Assembly: GCA_963724765.1 (NCBI GenBank)
Contig: CAVRVY010000004.1
Span: 1,408,001-1,472,000, forward strand
Reading direction: 5' to 3'
Length of the DNA stretch: 64,000 nucleotides
DNA from: an uncultured delta proteobacterium
Lineage (GTDB): Bacteria; Desulfobacterota; Binatia; Binatales; Binataceae
Shown here: piece by piece, positions 46,728-55,685 of the stretch
How positions within the stretch are numbered: the first letter of the stretch is position 1
Layout: each line of letters begins with the position of its first letter
Made by a program: the position numbers and the translations under genes
Notes under the pieces: model-generated
What the model was told of the DNA's origin: nothing
Seen by the model: the letters and a program-made list of their open reading frames with translations, nothing else
The model's database searches: none

Positions 46728-48233
46728 ATGTCTGACGCGAGCCAACAAACGCAACCGTCGCAACCATCAATCGACCAAAGAGAACTGGTCGCTTCAATTC
46801 CGCGCGACCTCTACTACTCGGGCGGCTGGCACGCCGCCGCCGAGGGCGCTCGCACCGAGGTCTGGAGCCCCTCGACGGGACAATCGCTGGGCAAGGTCGC
46901 GTGGGCCGGAGCGGAGGATGTCGATCGCGCCGTGCGCGCGGCACATGCGGCGTTCTTCCAGTGGCGGGACGTGAAGCCGCTCGAGCGCGCGAAAATCCTG
47001 CGCGAGGTCGCTGCGCTGCTGCGCCGGCACGGACGCGAACTCGCGCTCATCGACGCCGCCGATTGCGGCAACCCGATCGCCGAGATGATAAACGACTCGG
47101 CCATCGGGGCCGCCAGCGTGGAATACTTCGCCGGCCTGGTCTCCGAGGTCAGAGGCAGCACCATCCCGATGGGCCCCGGCGTGCTGAACTACACGCTGCG
47201 CGAGCCTTTGGGAGTGATCGCTCGTATCAACGCATTCAACCATCCATTGTTGTTCGCCGCGATGCGCACTGGCGCACCGCTCGCCACCGGCAACACCCTG
47301 ATCGTCAAGCCGCCCGAACAGGCGCCGCTATCCTCACTGCGATTCGCGGAGCTTGTCGGACCGCTTTTTCCGTCCGGCGTGTTCTCCGTGCTTCCGGGCG
47401 GGCGCGAGTGCGGCGCCGCACTGACGGCGCATCCGTTGGTCGCGAAGGTTGGGCTTATCGGTTCGGTACCGACGGGAAAAGCGATCATGCGGGCGTCGGC
47501 CGATTCGCTCAAGAAGGTGGCGCTCGAACTCGGCGGCAAGAATGCGCTGATTGCCTATCCTGACGCCAACCCCGACAAAGTGGCCGCCGGAATCATCCGC
47601 GGGATGAACTTCACCTGGTGCGGTCAATCCTGCGGCTCGACCAGCCGCGCCTTCGTGCACGAGACGATCCACGACGCGGTGCTGGAGCGTGTGGTCGCCG
47701 CGGCACGCGCGATAAAACCCGGCATCCCTACCGAACAGAGCACCGCGATGGGCAGTCTGATTAGCAAGGAGCAGTTCGACAAGGTCACGCGCTACATCGG
47801 TTACGGCGTCGAGGACGGCGCGCGGCTGGTCGCCGGTGGCAAATCGCCGCAGGATGCGCATCTCAGCAAGGGCTTCTTCATCGAGCCGACCATTTTCGCC
47901 GACGTCACGTCGAAGATGCGAATTGCACGCGAGGAAATCTTCGGCCCGGTGCTCAGCGTGTTTCGATGGTCGGATGAAGCCGAGATGCTGCGGGCCGTCA
48001 ATGACGTCGAATATGGTCTGACGGCTTCGATCTGGACGCGCGACCTTGCCACCGCGCATCGTACCGCCGCGCGCGTCGAAGCCGGCTACGTATGGGTCAA
48101 CTCATCGAGCGCCCATTATCTGGCCGCCCCGTTCGGCGGTTATAAGCAGTCGGGCGTGGGCCGGGAAGAGTCGATCGAAGAAATGATGGACGCCACGCAA
48201 ATCAAGAACGTGCACGTCGAGTTCGATGCCTGA
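46728..48233 (+). CDS. Aldehyde dehydrogenase, PhdK (2-carboxybenzaldehyde dehydrogenase)-like
   Basis: LELGGKN, GMNFTWCGQSCGSTSR (PhdK-like signature), EEIFGPV, PFGGYKQSG.GRE. Confidence 0.92.
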   Translation: MSDASQQTQPSQPSIDQRELVASIPRDLYYSGGWHAAAEGARTEVWSPSTGQSLGKVAWAGAEDVDRAVRAAHAAFFQWRDVKPLERAKILREVAALLRRHGRELALIDAADCGNPIAEMINDSAIGAASVEYFAGLVSEVRGSTIPMGPGVLNYTLREPLGVIARINAFNHPLLFAAMRTGAPLATGNTLIVKPPEQAPLSSLRFAELVGPLFPSGVFSVLPGGRECGAALTAHPLVAKVGLIGSVPTGKAIMRASADSLKKVALELGGKNALIAYPDANPDKVAAGIIRGMNFTWCGQSCGSTSRAFVHETIHDAVLERVVAAARAIKPGIPTEQSTAMGSLISKEQFDKVTRYIGYGVEDGARLVAGGKSPQDAHLSKGFFIEPTIFADVTSKMRIAREEIFGPVLSVFRWSDEAEMLRAVNDVEYGLTASIWTRDLATAHRTAARVEAGYVWVNSSSAHYLAAPFGGYKQSGVGREESIEEMMDATQIKNVHVEFDA

Positions 48234-48978
48234 CGCTGGCGTGCCGGCGCTGGAGAACGCCTCGGACGTGATCGTCGAGCTTGTAGCGGCGAACCATATC
48301 CTGTTCGACCAGGGCGTGGTCGACGGATTCGGGCATGTCAGCGTCCGCCATCCGACGGAGAGTGGCCGGTTCCTGCTAGCGCGCAGTATCGCGCCGGCGC
48401 TCGTCATGGCGGCCGACATCATGGAGTTCGACCTCGACGGGAATCCACTCGACGCCGGCGGCCGCGCGGTCTATCTCGAGCGCTTCATCCATAGCGAAAT
48501 CTACCGCACGCGGCCGGACGCAGGCGCGGTGGTCCATAGTCATTCGCCGGCGGTCGTGCCCTTCAGCGTGGCTAAACACGTGCCGCTGCGTGCCGTCTGG
48601 CATCTCGGGGGAGTTCTGGGCGAAGGCTGTCCGGTCTTTGAGATCCGTACGGCCGCCGGGCCGGCGACCGATATGCTAATCCGCGATCGCGGCCTGGGAG
48701 CAGCCCTGGCCAAATCGCTCGGGCGAGGATCGGTGGTGCTGATGCGCGGACACGGCTGCACGGTTGTGGGATCGACCGTGCGCCACGCGGTTTTCAACGC
48801 GGTCTATACGGAGGTAAGCGCCGCGCTGCAGTCCGAGGCAATGCGATTAGGCACCGTGATCTATCTTACGCGCGAGGAGGCTGAAGCCGCCGCGGCCTGC
48901 AACGCCGCGCAGATCGATCGGTCCTGGGAGTTGTGGAGAATGCGAGCGGAGCGCCAACGGCTTCAGCCCCAGACCTGA
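48226..48978 (+). CDS. Class II aldolase/adducin family protein (decarboxylase-like)
   Basis: ANHIL...GVVD.FGHVSVRHP, ERFIHSEIY..RPD..AVVHSHS, LMRGHG. Confidence 0.9.
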   Translation: MPDAGVPALENASDVIVELVAANHILFDQGVVDGFGHVSVRHPTESGRFLLARSIAPALVMAADIMEFDLDGNPLDAGGRAVYLERFIHSEIYRTRPDAGAVVHSHSPAVVPFSVAKHVPLRAVWHLGGVLGEGCPVFEIRTAAGPATDMLIRDRGLGAALAKSLGRGSVVLMRGHGCTVVGSTVRHAVFNAVYTEVSAALQSEAMRLGTVIYLTREEAEAAAACNAAQIDRSWELWRMRAERQRLQPQT

Positions 48979-50114
48979 CGCGCCGTTTCTACGATCAGTT
49001 CCAGCTTGCGCTTTTGATCGTCCTCGCTGACCAGATTGCCGACGAACTCCGAAGCGAAGCCGCACTGCGGGCTCAACGCCAGTTGTTCGAGCGCGACGTA
49101 GTGGCTGGCTTCGTCGATTCGCCGCTTCAGATCGTCAATCGTTTCAAGTTGCGCCACCTTGGTGCTGACCAACCCGAGCACAATCGTCTTGCCGCTGGGC
49201 ACGAAGCGCAGCGGTTCGAAGCCGCCGGCGCGCGGCGAATCGTACTCGAGCAGGAAGCGATCGTGGTTCAGTTCGTTGAACAGCATCTCCGCGATCGCGT
49301 CGTAAGCGCCCTCGCGATGCCACATGCTGCGCTGGTTTCCGCGGCACAAATGAATTCCGAAGGTCACATCGCCGAAGCCGCGGATCAGATCGTTGTCGGC
49401 TCTGAGCGAACGCTTGAAATTGAGTATCGGATCTTCACCGCGTTCTCGCATCGCGTCGAGTGACGGACCGTCTACGTAGGCGGTGTAGCCGGGCGCATCG
49501 ATATGAACGTAGCGGCATCCCGCGGCGGCGAGGCCCGCGATCATCGCGCGCTCGACCTCGACCACATCGGCGAGAAAATTCTCCATCGCCGGGTAAACAT
49601 GCGCGGAGTTGGCAAGGTCGACGCGCTGCGAAATGCGATCGGGTCCGATCAATGTAACCTTGACCGGCTTGCGCGCGACCGCGGCCGCGTAGCCGTACTC
49701 CTCGAGCACCAGGTTGCGCCTAAGCCGCAGCCGCTCGACCACGCGCTGGCGCTGCACCACGGGCGTTCCCTTGCGCTGTTCAACGCCGAGCGGAAGCTCG
49801 AAACGCTGGAGCGGTTTCGCTCTCGAAGTCCGCTGGTCGTAGAAATCGAGCGTCGCCTGTCCGCGGTCGTAGCCCGAAACCGCTTCGCCGAAGCTGTCCT
49901 GGAAATTGAGCCGGCGAAACTCGCCGTCGGTGACGACGTCGAGTCCGATCTGCTCCTGCAAGCGGATCGCGCGATCGACGGATTCGTTTTCGGCCGCGCG
50001 AAATTCGAGCGCGTCGATCTCGCCGCGCTCGTAGCGAAGCCGGGCCTGCCCCAGCGCCTCGGGCCGCAGCAGGCTGCCGACGACGTCGGTGCGGATGCGG
50101 CCGAAGCGATTCAT
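48963..50114 (-). CDS. Cobalamin-independent methionine synthase II family protein (single-barrel MetE-like, YxjH type)
   Basis: VVGSLLRP, VTDGEFRR, HLCRGN, LEYD..R.G.FEPL, LSPQCGF Zn ligands. Confidence 0.9.
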   Translation of the reverse strand: MNRFGRIRTDVVGSLLRPEALGQARLRYERGEIDALEFRAAENESVDRAIRLQEQIGLDVVTDGEFRRLNFQDSFGEAVSGYDRGQATLDFYDQRTSRAKPLQRFELPLGVEQRKGTPVVQRQRVVERLRLRRNLVLEEYGYAAAVARKPVKVTLIGPDRISQRVDLANSAHVYPAMENFLADVVEVERAMIAGLAAAGCRYVHIDAPGYTAYVDGPSLDAMRERGEDPILNFKRSLRADNDLIRGFGDVTFGIHLCRGNQRSMWHREGAYDAIAEMLFNELNHDRFLLEYDSPRAGGFEPLRFVPSGKTIVLGLVSTKVAQLETIDDLKRRIDEASHYVALEQLALSPQCGFASEFVGNLVSEDDQKRKLELIVETARQVWG

Positions 50115-50879
50115 CTAGATGAACGCAAGGCCACCATCGCAGTTGATCGTCTGGCCGGTGATGAAGCCGGCGTCGTCCGAAGCGAGGAATGCCGCCACGC
50201 CGACCAGGTCCGCCGGCGTTTCGTGATGCTTGAGGCACTGCGCCTTGAGCATCGCCTCCTTCTGTTCCGGGGTGACGGTGGCACGCGCGATCTCGGTGTA
50301 AACCGGTCCCGGCGTGATCGCATTGACGCGCACGTTGAACTCGCCGAGCTCGCGCGCCATCGCACGCGTCAGGCCGAGCACTCCGGCCTTGGACGCCATG
50401 TAGTGCGCGTAGCCCGGACGGGCCAGCATATAGGCCGCCGACGAGATGTTCACGATCGCCCCGCTCTTCTGCTCGCGCATCGGTGCGCTGCACGCCTTGC
50501 CCGCGAGCCACACGCCCTTGAGGTTGACCGCCATCAGGCCGTCCCATTCGGCGACGCTCATTTCCCAAAACGGCTTCATCTGGATGGTCGAGAAAATCGC
50601 CGCGTTGTCGATCAGCACGTCGACGTGGCCGAACGCTTTCAGCGCCTCGTCGACCATCTGCTTGCACGACGGCTCGCTGGAGACGTCGGTGGTGCAAAAG
50701 ATAGCGTTGGCGCCGGAGTCGGTGACCTCGGCCAGCACGCCGCGGCCCTTGTCCGCGTTGACGTCGGCCAGCACCACGTTGCATCCCTCGTCGCGGAACC
50801 GGCGCGTGTACGCGCGTCCGATACCTTGAGCGGCGCCAGTCACGATTACGGTTTTGCCTGCCAATCCGTTTAGAGGCAT
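50115..50879 (-). CDS. SDR oxidoreductase
   Basis: TGAAQGIG, DNAA, HYMASKAG, FITGQ...DGG. Stop abuts the ATG of the MetE-like gene. Confidence 0.93.
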   Translation of the reverse strand: MPLNGLAGKTVIVTGAAQGIGRAYTRRFRDEGCNVVLADVNADKGRGVLAEVTDSGANAIFCTTDVSSEPSCKQMVDEALKAFGHVDVLIDNAAIFSTIQMKPFWEMSVAEWDGLMAVNLKGVWLAGKACSAPMREQKSGAIVNISSAAYMLARPGYAHYMASKAGVLGLTRAMARELGEFNVRVNAITPGPVYTEIARATVTPEQKEAMLKAQCLKHHETPADLVGVAAFLASDDAGFITGQTINCDGGLAFI

Positions 50880-50965
50880 GGGTCACACTTCCTTTGAGCG
50901 ATAAGTTGGTTCGCCCGCGGGCACATTACCTCGGGTTTTGCACAGCGCTTAAGCACCTGGAAAAC

Positions 50966-50981
50966 ACTTAGCAATCTAAGT
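50966..50981. promoter_or_regulatory. Perfect palindrome ACTTAG-N4-CTAAGT, candidate MarR operator of the SDR-MetE-like operon
   Basis: ACTTAG CAAT CTAAGT, about 90 nt upstream of the SDR start. Same consensus as the sites at 40543-40587. Confidence 0.7.
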
Positions 50982-51014
50982 AATTTGCTTATTACCACCG
51001 GCGCGGCTTGAGCG

Positions 51015-51905
51015 TCAAGCCCGACTAGCGCGGGCGCGCGCTTCGAGCAGCGCCTTGAGCCGCGGCGGCAGGGCGCTGTGGAATTCCATCGCGATGCCGG
51101 AGACCGGATGGTGAAACTTCAGCTCGCACGCGTGCAGCGCGAGCCGCCGCGCGGAATCGGTCTTTGCGCCATACTTGCGATCGCCTATGACCGGATGACC
51201 CAGCGCGGCGAGTTGAACGCGGATCTGGTTGCGGCGTCCGGTTTCGAGCGTACACTCGAGCAGCGATTTATCAGCTTTTGCGCACAGCACACGGTAGTGA
51301 GTGATCGCCAGTTCACCGCCGTCGTCAACCCGACGAACCATCAATGACTTGCTTTCAACCAGTCTGTCCCTGAGCGTTCCCTGCGACTCGGCCGGCGCAC
51401 CTTCGACGACCGCGAGATATCTTTTGATGACGCTCTTCCAGTTCCGCTGCAGCGCGGCCTGCGTCGACTCAGTCCTTGCGAACATCATGAGGCCGGAGGT
51501 CTCACGGTCGAGCCGATGCACGATAAAGATCTGTTGCGCCCGCGTTTTCATCAGCGCTTTCAGATGCGTGTTCAGGATTCGATACGCGGTCTTCTCCTTT
51601 TCGCGTTCCGAACCCATCGAAAGCAGCCCCGCCGGTTTCTCGACTACGACGACCGCATCATCCAGATGCACGATTGCGAATCCATGGCGTTCAAGCGCCG
51701 CGCCGCCGACCTGCTTGCGCGCCGTGATAGTCACGACATCCCCGGGCGCCAAGTCGGTATCGTGCCGGACGGTGGTCTTGCCCTTGACCATTACCGCCCG
51801 GAAGCGGAGCAGGTCCTTGGCCTGTTTGCGCGACAATCCCAGCGGCAGTCCGGTCAGGTATGGCAGGAGTTCGCATCTGGATGCGATCAGAAACTGACGA
51901 TCCAT
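51015..51905 (-). CDS. RluA-family pseudouridine synthase
   Basis: KPAGLL, VHRLDRETSG, ETGRRNQIR, HP..GD.KYG, LALHA. Confidence 0.95.
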   Translation of the reverse strand: MDRQFLIASRCELLPYLTGLPLGLSRKQAKDLLRFRAVMVKGKTTVRHDTDLAPGDVVTITARKQVGGAALERHGFAIVHLDDAVVVVEKPAGLLSMGSEREKEKTAYRILNTHLKALMKTRAQQIFIVHRLDRETSGLMMFARTESTQAALQRNWKSVIKRYLAVVEGAPAESQGTLRDRLVESKSLMVRRVDDGGELAITHYRVLCAKADKSLLECTLETGRRNQIRVQLAALGHPVIGDRKYGAKTDSARRLALHACELKFHHPVSGIAMEFHSALPPRLKALLEARARASRA

Positions 51906-51991
51906 CGTTTGAGGAGTTTAGTCATAGACCGCGCCGATTCGGAACTCGGGCGATGGCCTGGATTTTGCTTGCCTCGTGTCGGGATCGACCT

Positions 51992-53068
51992 ATGAAAGTG
52001 CACCCGTTCAGCGATTTCGATCTCGATATCGCCAGCACCCGTATCGTCCTGTCCTTGCTGGCGATGCTCTCGCTCTATATCGATCCGACTACGGCCGGCG
52101 GCTTGTTTCATCTGACCCCTTTCGTGCTGGCGACTCTACTTTGTCACTTGGCCTACAGTTTAGGGACCTACTTCCTCCTTGAATCCCAGGTTGCCAAGCG
52201 CTGGCTGCCGACGGTCACGACGCTGCTCGATCTGTTCTTTGCGATGGCGATCGCGTACCTGACCGAAGGCCAGACCGGTCCTTCTTATGTTTTTTTCGTG
52301 TTCGCGATTATCGCGGTCGGCGTGCGAGCGACACTGCGCGCAATCATCCATGTCACGCTGTTGGGTGTGGGGCTCTACCTGGTGGTGATTTCCGCCAACA
52401 ACCGGTTGACCGGCGCCTACGTGATGCGCGCCGTGTACCTGGCTATCGCGGGCTACCTGGTTGGCTTCTTTGCGCAACAACGGGCGAACTCTGAAGAGCG
52501 GGTGCGTGAGCTCGAGGCGCAAGCTGAACGGCAGTCGATCGCGCGGCTGCTGCACGACAGCTACGTGCAATCGCTCGCCGGCGTCAACCTGCGGCTCGAA
52601 ACCTCCCGCGAGTTGTTGCGCAGAGGACGCCCGGACGACGCCTCGCGGGAGCTGAAAGAGCTTCAGCTTGGAGTAAAGCGGCAATTCGACGAGGTGCGCG
52701 AATACGTGCGCTCGCTAGCCGGGGTCGACTCGAACTCGACGCACGAGATCGCGGACATCTCGGCCGATCCGAAGATCACTATAAGAGGCGCATTCAACGG
52801 CAGCAGCCGGCTGGGCGAACGGATACTTCAGATAATGCTCGAGGGGCTGCGCAACGCGCGCAAGCACGCACGGGCGACTTCGGTGCGAATCGACGCCTCC
52901 GAAAGCGCCGGCCGAGTGCTGATCACAATCGCCGACGATGGGGTGGGCTTTCCGCCCGCGGCCGATCCTCCGTGGACGATTGCCTCCCACGTCGCCGAGA
53001 CGGGCGGCCGGCTGAGCTTCAGCGAGAGCGGTCCGGCCTGCCTGCAAATCGAGATACCCAAGGCCTGA
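51992..53068 (+). CDS. Membrane sensor histidine kinase (HisKA_3 type)
   Basis: About 5-6 TM helices, ER..IAR.LHD...Q.L, E.L.NA.KHA.A, I.DDG.GF. The G2 box is not recognisable. Confidence 0.88.
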   Translation: MKVHPFSDFDLDIASTRIVLSLLAMLSLYIDPTTAGGLFHLTPFVLATLLCHLAYSLGTYFLLESQVAKRWLPTVTTLLDLFFAMAIAYLTEGQTGPSYVFFVFAIIAVGVRATLRAIIHVTLLGVGLYLVVISANNRLTGAYVMRAVYLAIAGYLVGFFAQQRANSEERVRELEAQAERQSIARLLHDSYVQSLAGVNLRLETSRELLRRGRPDDASRELKELQLGVKRQFDEVREYVRSLAGVDSNSTHEIADISADPKITIRGAFNGSSRLGERILQIMLEGLRNARKHARATSVRIDASESAGRVLITIADDGVGFPPAADPPWTIASHVAETGGRLSFSESGPACLQIEIPKA

Positions 53069-53082
53069 GAGGAGAGCGTCCA

Positions 53083-53703
53083 CTGAGCCCATTGCGTTTG
53101 ATAATTGCCGATGACCATGCGCTTTTCCGGCAGGGATTGCGTTCGCTGCTGGCGCTGGAGGGCCTTGAAGTGGTAGCCGAAGTTGAACAGGCGAGCGGCC
53201 TGGAAACCGCGCTAGCGGCCAATCCGTGCGACGTCTTGCTGCTCGATTTGCAGATGGAGCATTGGTCGATGGACCAGGTTCCCGAGCTCTCGCGCAAGAC
53301 GGCCGTAATCGTCCTGACCGCGAACGAGGGCGTCGACACCGGACTGACGGCGCTGCGCCTGGGAGCGCGCGCGATCGTGCACAAACGCTTCGCGATCGAA
53401 TCGCTGATGACAGCTATCCGGGCCGTGGCCGACGGACTGGTCTGGATGCCGCCCGCGATGCAGGCGGCATTGGTCGCGCAGGACAGCCCGGCGGCGAAAA
53501 AGCTGACCCCGCGCGAATCGGAAATCGTACGCTACGTGGCAGTGGGGATGCGCAACGCCGAAGTGGCGGCGCGGCTCTCGCTCAGCGAGAGCACGGTCAA
53601 AACTCACCTGACCAACATTTTCCAGAAACTCGGAATCCGCGATCGGATTGAACTCACCCGCTACGCGATCAGGGCCGGACTGGCAACGGTTCAGGATCAC
53701 TGA
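53083..53703 (+). CDS. NarL/FixJ-family response regulator (start CTG 53083 or TTG 53092)
   Basis: IIADDH.LFRQG, LLLDLQM, LT.RE.EI...VA.G..N.E.A..L..SE.TVK.H..NIF.KL. AGGAG RBS at 53070. Confidence 0.92.
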   Translation: MSPLRLIIADDHALFRQGLRSLLALEGLEVVAEVEQASGLETALAANPCDVLLLDLQMEHWSMDQVPELSRKTAVIVLTANEGVDTGLTALRLGARAIVHKRFAIESLMTAIRAVADGLVWMPPAMQAALVAQDSPAAKKLTPRESEIVRYVAVGMRNAEVAARLSLSESTVKTHLTNIFQKLGIRDRIELTRYAIRAGLATVQDH

Positions 53704-53838
53704 TGACTGCGGGCCAAACCTCCGCCCGCATCGCAGCCTAGCGCCTGCCAAGCGGGCGGCATCTGCTCGCCTCGCCAGCAACCGATTCTGCGCGCGTTTT
53801 TCTATCTCCGTCCGGATCATCGCGCCCAGCGCCAAAAT

Positions 53839-53879
53839 CTACGACCTTCGGATGACCTCGCGTTCGCCTTCGGTCGTAG
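53839..53879. promoter_or_regulatory. Inverted repeat CTACGACC...GGTCGTAG, candidate response-regulator binding sites upstream of amtB
   Basis: Perfect 8-bp arms at 53839-53846 and 53872-53879, with internal CCTTCGG repeats. Confidence 0.5.
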
Positions 53880-53922
53880 CTCTTCATCGGCCTCGGGACT
53901 CGTTCAGCTTTCGCGCAGCCGG

Positions 53923-53938
53923 CGGCACATCCATTGCT
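53923..53938 (+). promoter_or_regulatory. Sigma54 (-24/-12) promoter of amtB
   Basis: CGGCAC-ATCCA-TTGCT with exact GG-N10-GC spacing, 85 nt upstream of the start. Confidence 0.7.
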
Positions 53939-54023
53939 CCGTAGCGCGCTGATCCCAGGCGCGCGTTCCCAATCAGCCCCGCTGACGGCAACGAACCGGA
54001 ACCCAGCAGGAGGAAGCATCAAA

Positions 54024-55589
54024 GTGTTCGGCGAAAAAATAATAGGAACCTACACTCTGTTTCTGGAGAGGCTGCGAGACGCGGACGTTCGCAAAAAAGC
54101 GGGCTCGCTGTTGCTGGGAAAGATGATCGGCCTCGCGATCGTCCTCTTCCTGGCCTCGAAATGGTATCTGCCCGTGCAGGCCTACGCGGACACAACTCCC
54201 CCATTGCCGCCGCCGCACATCAACGCGATCAACACGGTATGGACGCTGGTCGCGGCCTACCTGGTGTTCTGCATGCAGGTCGGTTTCGTGATGCTGGAGT
54301 CAGGGTTTGCGCGTTCCCGTGAGACCGTCAACATCATGGTCGAGGGAATCGCCGACACCTGTATCTGCGGCATTACCTTCTGGCTGTGGGGCTTCGCGTT
54401 TATGTTCTGTCCCGGCACTCCATGGATCGGCACGACCGGCTTTATGCTCCATGGGCTCCCGGCAACATACGGCACCACCGGAGTGCCGTTGCTCGCATAC
54501 TGGGTCTTCCAATACGCGTTCGCGGATACGTGTTCGACGGTGACCTCGGGAGCGATGATCGGCCGCTGCGATTTCATCGGTGATCTGCTCTACAGCGTTG
54601 GTGTCACGGGCTTCATCTATCCGATTATCGGCCACTGGGCGTGGGGTCCGGATGGTTGGCTGGCCAACATGACTCCAATCCCGTTCCATGACTTTGCCGG
54701 CTCCACGGTCGTGCACACGATCGGCGGAACCATCTCGTTGGCCGGAGCAATCGTGCTCGGCCCACGGCTCGGCCGGGTTTTCAAGCGCGACGGCGGACAG
54801 CCGATGAAGCCGCACGATCTCATCATCGGCGCGACCGGCGGTCTCATCCTGTGGTTCGGATGGTACGGGTTCAACCCCGGAAGCACGTTGTCGGCGCTCG
54901 ACGCTCAAGGGATCGGCCGCGTGTCCTTCAACACCACTCTGGCGGCCTGCTCCGCCGGCCTGACCTCTCTCTTTTACTCTTACTACAAGAGCGGGAAGTG
55001 GGATCTGGCTCTGACAGTCAACGGTTTTCTGGCAGGATTGGTCGCGATCACGTGTCCCTGTTACTGGGTAGACCCCGAAGGCGCGTTCCTCCTGGGAATC
55101 GGCGCAGGCATCGTCGTAGTCTGGGGCATCGATCTGCTTGAATACCTGCGCATCGACGATCCGATCGGCGCGGTTCCGGTACACATGATCGCGGGCATCT
55201 GGGGCACACTCTCCCTGGGATTGTTTGCCGCCGGCAAATACGGCGCGCCTACACCGTTGGGGGCTGACACGAGCACGGTCGTCACCGGGCTCTTCTACGG
55301 CGGCGGATTGGGGGTCCTCAAGGCGCAAATGATCGGGAGCTTCTCGATCACGATCGCGACCTTCATCGTATCGATGGCGCTGATGTACGCCATCCACTAT
55401 GGCTTCAGATTGCGTATCCCGACCGAGGGCGAGATCGAGGGACTCGACCTGCACGAGCACGGCTTCCCGGCCTACCCCGAATACGTAGTCACGGGCGAGG
55501 ACGGATGCCCTAAAACAATCGACGATGTGCCGGTTGGCCGCCGCACAGGAACGAAACTTCCGCGGATCGGGATGAAAAAGGCCAGCTGA
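54024..55589 (+). CDS. amtB: Ammonium transporter
   Basis: MQ.GF..LE.G, FQ.AFA, YP...HW.WG..GWL, DFAGSTVVH, LWFGWYGFNPGS, DDP.GA..VH (twin His). GTG start after AGGAGG. Confidence 0.96.
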   Translation: MFGEKIIGTYTLFLERLRDADVRKKAGSLLLGKMIGLAIVLFLASKWYLPVQAYADTTPPLPPPHINAINTVWTLVAAYLVFCMQVGFVMLESGFARSRETVNIMVEGIADTCICGITFWLWGFAFMFCPGTPWIGTTGFMLHGLPATYGTTGVPLLAYWVFQYAFADTCSTVTSGAMIGRCDFIGDLLYSVGVTGFIYPIIGHWAWGPDGWLANMTPIPFHDFAGSTVVHTIGGTISLAGAIVLGPRLGRVFKRDGGQPMKPHDLIIGATGGLILWFGWYGFNPGSTLSALDAQGIGRVSFNTTLAACSAGLTSLFYSYYKSGKWDLALTVNGFLAGLVAITCPCYWVDPEGAFLLGIGAGIVVVWGIDLLEYLRIDDPIGAVPVHMIAGIWGTLSLGLFAAGKYGAPTPLGADTSTVVTGLFYGGGLGVLKAQMIGSFSITIATFIVSMALMYAIHYGFRLRIPTEGEIEGLDLHEHGFPAYPEYVVTGEDGCPKTIDDVPVGRRTGTKLPRIGMKKAS

Positions 55590-55603
55590 ATGTAATGGTG
55601 AGT

Positions 55604-55643
55604 GGGCGGGCCGGCTCCAAGCGGAGCCGGCCCGCTCTTGTTT
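55604..55643 (+). terminator. Intrinsic terminator after amtB
   Basis: 15-bp stem GGGCGGGCCGGCTCC-AAGC-GGAGCCGGCCCGCTC followed by TTGTTT. Confidence 0.85.
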
Positions 55644-55685
55644 GCGGCTGACGCGTCTGGTTCTATCGCAAGACCGAGATCAGCT

